Shown here piece by piece: positions 26,617-33,857 of a stretch of DNA of 33,857 nt. A model generated the notes under the pieces. That model made no database searches, was not told the origin of the DNA, and was given only the letters and a program-made list of their open reading frames with translations. A program made the translations under genes and the position numbers. This DNA comes from a bacterium (lineage in GTDB: Bacteria > Hinthialibacterota > Hinthialibacteria > Hinthialibacterales > Hinthialibacteraceae), in assembly GCA_041946805.1 (NCBI GenBank), contig JBHGBC010000054.1, forward strand, positions 1 to 33,857, in the 5' to 3' direction. Each line of letters starts with the position of its first letter. Position 1 is the first letter of the stretch.

Positions 26617-27879
26617 ATGCATGAATCAAGCCAAAACGAGTTCTCGATTTCGCGGAGAGCATTTTCTCACCAGTTGCTGGCCGCCGGAGGGATTCTCGGC
26701 GGCGTGGTCCAGTCCGCCTTTTCCGAAAATCCGGGGCCGGATCCGGCGCGGCGGACGGGCGCGGATACCGGCACGCTTTTCGGGGACATTGAAATCCTGG
26801 CCAATCGCGGCGAGTATCCGCTATCGTTTTTGAATCATGAATACTCCCGCGTAATGGAATACCGCAAGACAGTCCAGAAAATCGTCCAACAGTTGCTGTA
26901 TTACGAACCGCCCGCGGCCGATCCGCGTCCCGAAGTGATCGATCAATGGGAAACTCCGACGTACACCGCCGAAAAAGTCTTGTTCAACACCACCCCCTGG
27001 TTTCGCGTCCCGGCGTATGTATTGATTCCCAAAAAATTTACGGGCAAACGCCCCGGGATCGTGGATCTGCATTGCCACGCCGGGTATTTCGTGTTCGGGA
27101 AGGAAAAGGTCATGCCCGTGCGCAATCCGCATCCGGCCCTGGTGGAAATGAAGGCGGACAACTATGACGGGCGGAGCACTTCCGAAAAACTCGCAGAAAG
27201 GGGATACGTGGTCATCTCCATCGACCGGTTCTATTTCGGGGAACGGCGCGCGCTGTTCGATGATATGAATTCCCTGGGGATGGATCTCGGGAAATATACC
27301 GTCGAACAAATCCGCCAAGCCAACCGCCGCGCCGGCGCGGGCGAGGCCACCTTGCTCAAGGCCTTGTTCTGGGCGGGAACCACCTGGAACGGCATCGCCT
27401 GCTGGGACGACATCCGCACGGTGGACTATCTCGTGTCGCGCCCGGAAGTCGATCCCGCGCGGGTGGGGTGTCTGGGCATCTCGATGGGCGGCGACCGGAC
27501 CAACTACTTGTGCGCGCTCGACGACCGCATCCAGTGCGGGGTCTCCGTGGGCTGGATGGCCGCGCTCCGCCCCTTGATCAAAGCCCATGTCGACACGCAT
27601 TCCTTCTCGCATTTCCTGCCCGGTTTGACGCATTACCTGGACCTCCCGGATTTGCTGGGGGCCTTCACTCCCAAACCGCTCCTGGTTCTGCAATGCTCGC
27701 GCGACGGGCTTTATACCCTCGACAGCATGCAACAAGCGTGCGGCAAGATTCAAAAGATTTATGCCAAGGCCGGCGCGGATCAGAATTATCAATATAAGTT
27801 TTACGATCAACCCCACCGCTTCTCCAAGGATATGCAGGAAGAGGCTTTTCAGTGGTTGGACAAGCATCTGCAAAGTTAA
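26617..27879 (+). CDS. Tat-exported alpha/beta hydrolase (dienelactone hydrolase / acetylxylan esterase-like)
   Basis: SRRAF Tat motif, VPAYVLIP, nucleophile elbow GISMGG, likely catalytic Asp (RDGLY) and His (PHRF). AAGGAG RBS. Confidence 0.88.
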   Translation: MHESSQNEFSISRRAFSHQLLAAGGILGGVVQSAFSENPGPDPARRTGADTGTLFGDIEILANRGEYPLSFLNHEYSRVMEYRKTVQKIVQQLLYYEPPAADPRPEVIDQWETPTYTAEKVLFNTTPWFRVPAYVLIPKKFTGKRPGIVDLHCHAGYFVFGKEKVMPVRNPHPALVEMKADNYDGRSTSEKLAERGYVVISIDRFYFGERRALFDDMNSLGMDLGKYTVEQIRQANRRAGAGEATLLKALFWAGTTWNGIACWDDIRTVDYLVSRPEVDPARVGCLGISMGGDRTNYLCALDDRIQCGVSVGWMAALRPLIKAHVDTHSFSHFLPGLTHYLDLPDLLGAFTPKPLLVLQCSRDGLYTLDSMQQACGKIQKIYAKAGADQNYQYKFYDQPHRFSKDMQEEAFQWLDKHLQS

Positions 27880-27944
27880 GCGCCCCAGGATGGATTGGAC
27901 ATCACGAAATCGTAACTGTTTGCCGATTGGTAGTGTCTGTTTGA

Positions 27945-28049
27945 AGCGCCAAAGCCGGGGCATCAGCATATCCCCGGGGCGCAGCCCTGGTATGGTTGAG
28001 ACCAAAGTAAATAAATCCCTTTCCCTCTGGGAGAAGGTTCGGGTGAGGG
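27945..28049 (+). repeat. composite REP-like element, type I, partial (C-linker-A)
   Basis: C at 27945-27990, A at 28017-28049. Linker TGGTTGAGACCAAAGTAAATAAAT resembles the reverse-complemented linker of the 3851-4030 copy (TGGATAAAACAATAGTAATGAAT). Confidence 0.75.
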
Positions 28050-28127
28050 AAACCCGGAAAGGGTGGAATACAGTTCAGCGCGCAATCGCATAAACGATTA
28101 CACTACGCCAAAAGGAGTCTGCAAGAA

Positions 28128-29948
28128 ATGAATAGGTTCATCTTTACAAAATGCAGTGTCCTGATTTTGATCTGGGGATATTCGATCATGGTGGGCGCGG
28201 CGGAATACGCGGGCCGGCCCTACGAGGGCGGAGACATTTTCGCCGACACCTGGGTGGCCACCGATGCCCTGGGCCGGACCGCGCCGGACATCCGCGAATG
28301 CGGCCCCGTGAAGAAGGACAAGTGGGTAGGCATCTTCTACTGGACCTGGCATACCCCGCACGCGGACGGCCCCAACGATGTCACCAAAATTCTGTCCACG
28401 GCGAAAGACGGCCGGGCCGAATGGCCGAACAACCACGCGCCCTATCATTGGGGCGAGCCGGAGCTGGGCTATTACGAAATGACCGACGCGTTTGTCATCC
28501 GCAAGCACGCCAGTATGCTCGTGGATGCGGGGATCGACGTGATCCTCTTCGACACCACCAATCCCCCTTGGACCTGGAAAGCGCAATACGAAGCCCTGTG
28601 CCGCGAATACACCGCCATGCGCCAGGAAGGGGCGCGCACGCCGGCCATCGGATTCATCTGCCCCTTCGGCGACCCCCTCCCGGTGTTGGAGCAGGTGTGG
28701 AAGGATCTCTATCAGCCGGGCTTGTGGAAAGATCTGTGGTTCATTTGGGAGGGAAAGCCGTTCATCCTGGCGAACAAGGAATACGTGAAGGACGAAGCGT
28801 TGCTGAAATTCTTCACTTTCCGCCGTCCCATGCCCGATTACTGGATGGGTCCCTCCGGGCCTGACCAGTGGAGTTGGCTGGAAGTATATCCGCAACATGT
28901 CTTCAAAAACAGCCGGGGCGAGACCGAGCAAATGAGCGTGGGCGTGGCGCAAAACGCCCTGCCCAACACGCCCGGCCCGGCTCCCATGAGCCACAAGCGG
29001 GGAGCCATGGGCCGCAGCTGGCACAACGGCGCGAAGGAGGCCCGCGAAGGCGCGGTGAACTGGGGACTCAATTTCGACGAGCAATGGACCCGCGCCTTGG
29101 CAATCAATCCGAAATTCATCTTCGTCACGGGCTGGAACGAATGGACCGCCGGACGCTACCTGGAATGGAGCCAATACAAGGACACGGATTGCTACTACCC
29201 CGGCGGTTTGTTCGTGGATGAATACACACAGGAATACAGCCGCGATTGCGAACCGATGCGCGGGGGACATACCGACAACTATTACTACCAACTGGCCCGT
29301 TGGGTGCGGCGGTTCAAAGGGGTGCGCGAACGGCTGAAGGCGGAGGGTCCCAGCCGGATCGCCATCGATGGCGCATTCGAGGATTGGAAGGATGTCACGC
29401 CCGAGTTCCGGGACACCATCGGCGACACGGCTCATCGCGAGCACCGCGGCTATGGGAATTTCCTCTATCGTAATGACACGGGCCGCAACGATTTCGTAAT
29501 CGCCAAGGCGGCGTACGACGAAACGAACCTCTACTTCTTCGCGCAAACCTTGAACAAAATTACGCCCCGGACCGGTCCGCACTGGATGCTCCTGCTTCTC
29601 GACACCGATCAAAACGCACGCACCGGATGGCTGGGATACGACTATGTGGTGAATCTCGAAGTCCCCAGCGATACCGAAACCACTATCCACGCCTGGCGCG
29701 ATGGATCGTGGGAGCCGATAGGCCGCTCTACCTATCAAGTCAATGGCAATGGTTTGGAGCTGGCGGTCCCCCGCGCCCAAATCCATCAAACCGAGAAACC
29801 ACCCGCGTTTGATTTCCACTGGGCGGACAACATCCAGGGATTCACGGATGTCTCCGAACTGGGGATCAACGGCGACAGCGCCCCCAACCGCCGCTGGAAC
29901 TACCGCTATGAGGTCCAGACCAGCGGCGCGGGTAGCACCGGGAGGTAG
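28128..29948 (+). CDS. secreted glycoside hydrolase, GH99/GH71-like
   Basis: AAGGAG RBS, signal peptide, VGIFYWTWH, HWGEPELGYY, KHASMLVDAGIDVILFDTTN, FVTGWNEW, C-terminal sugar-binding-like domain (IAIDGAFEDW). Confidence 0.78.
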   Translation: MNRFIFTKCSVLILIWGYSIMVGAAEYAGRPYEGGDIFADTWVATDALGRTAPDIRECGPVKKDKWVGIFYWTWHTPHADGPNDVTKILSTAKDGRAEWPNNHAPYHWGEPELGYYEMTDAFVIRKHASMLVDAGIDVILFDTTNPPWTWKAQYEALCREYTAMRQEGARTPAIGFICPFGDPLPVLEQVWKDLYQPGLWKDLWFIWEGKPFILANKEYVKDEALLKFFTFRRPMPDYWMGPSGPDQWSWLEVYPQHVFKNSRGETEQMSVGVAQNALPNTPGPAPMSHKRGAMGRSWHNGAKEAREGAVNWGLNFDEQWTRALAINPKFIFVTGWNEWTAGRYLEWSQYKDTDCYYPGGLFVDEYTQEYSRDCEPMRGGHTDNYYYQLARWVRRFKGVRERLKAEGPSRIAIDGAFEDWKDVTPEFRDTIGDTAHREHRGYGNFLYRNDTGRNDFVIAKAAYDETNLYFFAQTLNKITPRTGPHWMLLLLDTDQNARTGWLGYDYVVNLEVPSDTETTIHAWRDGSWEPIGRSTYQVNGNGLELAVPRAQIHQTEKPPAFDFHWADNIQGFTDVSELGINGDSAPNRRWNYRYEVQTSGAGSTGR

Positions 29949-29961
29949 AAAAGCCGGGAAT

Positions 29962-30052
29962 GCAGGATGGATTAGCGCCCTGCGCGTACCCCATCGAATA
30001 CCCCGCGGGGTGGGCTCAAAGCGTAGCGTAGCCCGCAACGATCCCATCCTGC
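29962..30052 (+). repeat. inverted pair of REP-like D modules (REPIN-like)
   Basis: GCAGGATGGATTAGCGCCCTGCGCGTACCCCATC ... CCCATCCTGC; the ends are complementary. Confidence 0.7.
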
Positions 30053-30074
30053 TCTACTTCATCCCTTCTCCCTC

Positions 30075-30301
30075 CCCTCTCCCTCTAGGAGAGGGATTGG
30101 GTGAGGGGAAAACCTGCCGTTTCACTTTATCTTACTGATTCACCATCACAACCTTTCTCACACAACAATAGGGGAACGTTGCAATGTGCCCCTACTTTTA
30201 TTTGGCCCCGGACTTCATCAACCCTGGACAATAACCTCTGTGGCGCCGAATTTTCATTATCCGAATAAATCTCCGCGCCCTCGGTGTCTCGGCGGTGAAT
30301 T
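30075..30301. repeat. composite element type II, copy 1 (A-linker-B' palindrome-linker-F)
   Basis: Colinear with 31920-32127, including most of the linkers. Confidence 0.88.
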
Positions 30302-30374
30302 CATTTTTCTCCTCTCCCCGCCGGGATTGCCGCGAAATTAACATATATCCAAAACAACCATTTGCCCATGCGCT

Positions 30375-31496
<1,122 letters not shown>

Positions 31497-31621
31497 GACG
31501 AATCCTCCTTATCCCCAAATATGAACTGCCTCTCCCCCGATATAAGAAATGATCCGGTGTTTCTTGTCAATGAAACTGCTTAAAATGGTTTTGATGAATT
31601 GTATGAATTCATCTGGAGGGC

Positions 31622-31853
31622 GTGGATGGATTAACATCCTGCGCGGAACCCATCGCATCCGGACGATCTGGATTCAGCTTCTCACTTTTCACTTCTCCCT
31701 TCTCTCTCCTCTTCCCTTGTGGAGAAGAGGCCGTGGGTGAGGGCTAATCCCTTGTGATGCAGGCATCTTGCCTACATGTTTCGTTCCATCCTTTTCGTCC
31801 TTTTCGTCCTTTACGATTCCTCCCCCGAAGATCGGGGGAGGTTAGGAGGGGGT
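31622..31853. repeat. mosaic cluster of degenerate REP-like modules
   Basis: D-like at 31622-31654; A variant at 31708-31743; GCAGGCATCTTGCCTAC at 31759-31775; CCTTTTCGT tandem at about 31790-31815; CCTCCCCCGAAGATCGGGGGAGGTTAGGAGGGGG at about 31819-31853. Confidence 0.7.
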
Positions 31854-31919
31854 TGAAAATGTCGGATGGCTTACCGCGCATCGCATAACCCAACAAAACC
31901 TCAATCTCCCTTTTCTTCT

Positions 31920-32127
31920 CCCTCTCCCTCTGGGAGAGGGCCGGGGTGAGGGAAAATCTGTCGTTCCGCTTTACCTTGCCGATTGCCACCAATACTTATT
32001 GTCCACAACCGTAGGGGCACGTTGCAACGTGCCCCTACTTTTATTCGGTACCAGACTTCATTCATTCTGTGCCACCCACCCTGCCCCTTATCCGTTCTCT
32101 GCGTCCCCGGCGTCTCAGTGGTGAATT
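31920..32127. repeat. composite element type II, copy 2
   Basis: Module A at 31920-31952, perfect 28-bp palindrome GTAGGGGCACGTTGCAACGTGCCCCTAC at 32011-32038, module F at 32097-32127. Confidence 0.88.
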
Positions 32128-32128
32128 T

Positions 32129-33421
32129 TCACCCCTGCCGTTTCAGGCTGACATGCAAAAGAATCAGCCCCGTGATGGCGGCGATGACCGACGCGGACAA
32201 GACACCGATTTTCGATTGATCCAGCATCCCGGTTCCCCCAAACGCCAGCGAGGCCACAAACAGCGACATCGTAAAACCGATGCCCGCGATAAAGCCCACG
32301 GCGGTCATCATGCTCCAATTGACTCCGGCGGGAAGCGAGACCCATCCCAGCCTCACCGCAAGCCAGGATATCCCCACAATGCCGAATGGTTTGCCCAGAA
32401 GCAAGCCACAAAAAGCGCCTATCGTCACCGGGGTGATCCGCATCGATTCCTCCCCCAGGGCGACCCCCGCGTTAAACAACGCGAACACCGGCATGATGAG
32501 ATAAGCCACCCAAGGCTCGAGGCGGTGTTCCAGCGAATGCAGCCGGCTGGCGGCCTGCTTGACTTTCTCCTCGAGCCGCCCGATCTGTACCTCCATCTCT
32601 TCAAAGCCTGCCGGCCCGGAACCGGGAACCAACCCGTCTTTCAATTCCTTGGGGTCCAGGGTCCGATGCAAGGGAATGGCGAACGCCAGAAGCACGCCGG
32701 CGATCGTGGCATGGACGCCGGATTTCAACATGAAATACCAGCCGATGATCCCCAGGATTCCAAACACGGCCAACTTTCGCCCTCCCAGCCATCCGTAAGC
32801 ATACGCCGCGCCCAACAGGATCAAGGAATAGATTAAACTCATCCAGTTGAGCTGGTCCGTATAGAAAAGGGCGATGACCAGGATCGCGCCCAGATCGTCC
32901 ACGATCGCCAGGGCGGTCAGAAACACCTTGAGCGATAAGGGCACGCGGCCCCCCAGCAGCGAGAGGACGCCCAGCGCGAAGGCGATGTCGGTGGCCATGG
33001 GAATCCCCCACCCGGGAATCCCCTCGCTTCCCCAATTCAGACTCGCGAAAATCAACGCAGGTACTACCATCCCTCCCACCGCGGCGATCATCGGCAACGC
33101 GGCTTCCCGGGGCGATGACAATTCACCAACAAGGAGTTCCCGTTTAATCTCCAAGCCCACCATCAGAAAGAAGACGGCCATCAAGCCGTCGTTGACCCAC
33201 AACAGTAACGGTTTTTTCAGCGCCCAACTCCCCGCCTGGATGCCAAAAGGAATATCGAGCAAGGCGAAATACGCGGAGGACCATGACGAGTTGGCCCACA
33301 GAAAAGCCACGCCGGCCGCGAGGATGAGGATGATCCCGCCGATACTTTCCTTGTGAACAAAAGACTGGAAGGGACTTAACATTTTTGGATAGACGGACCG
33401 CTGGGTTTGAGTTTCCGGCAT
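32129..33421 (-). CDS. nhaA: Na+/H+ antiporter NhaA
   Basis: WVNDGLMAVFFLMVGLEIKRE, GWGIPMATDIAFA, AIVDDLGAILVIA, SGVHATIAG, GKPFG, GIGFTMSLF. AAGGAG RBS. Confidence 0.97.
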   Translation of the reverse strand: MPETQTQRSVYPKMLSPFQSFVHKESIGGIILILAAGVAFLWANSSWSSAYFALLDIPFGIQAGSWALKKPLLLWVNDGLMAVFFLMVGLEIKRELLVGELSSPREAALPMIAAVGGMVVPALIFASLNWGSEGIPGWGIPMATDIAFALGVLSLLGGRVPLSLKVFLTALAIVDDLGAILVIALFYTDQLNWMSLIYSLILLGAAYAYGWLGGRKLAVFGILGIIGWYFMLKSGVHATIAGVLLAFAIPLHRTLDPKELKDGLVPGSGPAGFEEMEVQIGRLEEKVKQAASRLHSLEHRLEPWVAYLIMPVFALFNAGVALGEESMRITPVTIGAFCGLLLGKPFGIVGISWLAVRLGWVSLPAGVNWSMMTAVGFIAGIGFTMSLFVASLAFGGTGMLDQSKIGVLSASVIAAITGLILLHVSLKRQG

Positions 33422-33600
33422 GCAACACTCCTTGTTTCATCGGCGTGGATTTGATTCAATCTGTAAAACCGGATTGAAGAAGTGAACATGATAGCATAAT
33501 TTCGCGATACTGCGGATGGATAAATTCCCTGGTTGTGGAGAAGTGAATGAGAGGAACAAACGTAAATGTAACTATTTACCGGTTTTCAGTAAAGATTTTA

Positions 33601-33854
33601 AGCGCCCAGGGCGCGGCATGAGTATAGCCCAGGGCGCAAGCCCTGGGAAAGATAAAAAAAGAGGTTCTTCCGACAAGTGTGTACTTTTTTTTTCAAGCAT
33701 ATGCGGTTGCTGTTCAATCGGGTTGGCCGGGGTCATCAATCCCTTCTCCCTCTGGGAGAGGGCCAGGGTGAGGGAATTGGTGTAGGAGCGGACCTTGGTG
33801 TCCGCCCGAATTTCATCGAGTAGATGAAATGCCTTCTTCTCCAGCGGGTACGCA
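33601..33854 (+). repeat. composite REP-like element, type I (C-A-B plus GGTACGCA tail)
   Basis: C at 33601-33647 (44/47 identical to the reverse complement of 3984-4030 by hand count), A at 33741-33774, B GTAGGAGCGGACCTTGGTGTCCGCCC at 33782-33807, tail at 33847-33854. Confidence 0.88.
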
Positions 33855-33857
33855 CTT

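Noticed and set aside
33422..33600. nhaA-I/II, Na+ or fluoride riboswitch upstream of nhaA
   Set aside because: Only a short TTCAATC/GATTGAA hairpin and a TGCTATCAT extended -10-like motif are visible. I could not match riboswitch consensus features; an Rfam scan would settle it.

Overview
A GC-rich bacterial chromosome segment. The gene content (DUF1501 plus DUF1549/DUF1553 pair, an orphan 'AFTLIELLIVVAIIGILAAIAVPNFLNAQ' pilin-like protein, PVC-type Gfo oxidoreductase and GH99-like enzyme) suggests a PVC-like lineage, possibly Ca. Hinthialibacterota/OLB16; this is an inference. Housekeeping genes are dnaJ, a non-discriminating aspS and nhaA. Accessory genes include a DUF2339 membrane protein divergent from an atypical sigma-54 activator, a beta-propeller sensor kinase with a NarL-type regulator, and an ECF sigma cassette. 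The cassette runs ECF sigma, anti-sigma-like protein, secretin-N-domain protein, M1-like peptidase with a remodelled active site and duplicated TPR tail, and a secreted DUF4114/winged-helix chimera; two secreted hydrolases follow. Most intergenic regions are filled with several families of short palindromic REP-like repeats. These are assembled into composite elements of about 110-250 bp whose linkers are also homologous, yet no transposase is present in the window. Two sigma-54 promoters, each with a consensus IHF site, are visible. No rRNA, tRNA, CRISPR array or intact IS was found. All product calls come from motif recognition, not database searches.
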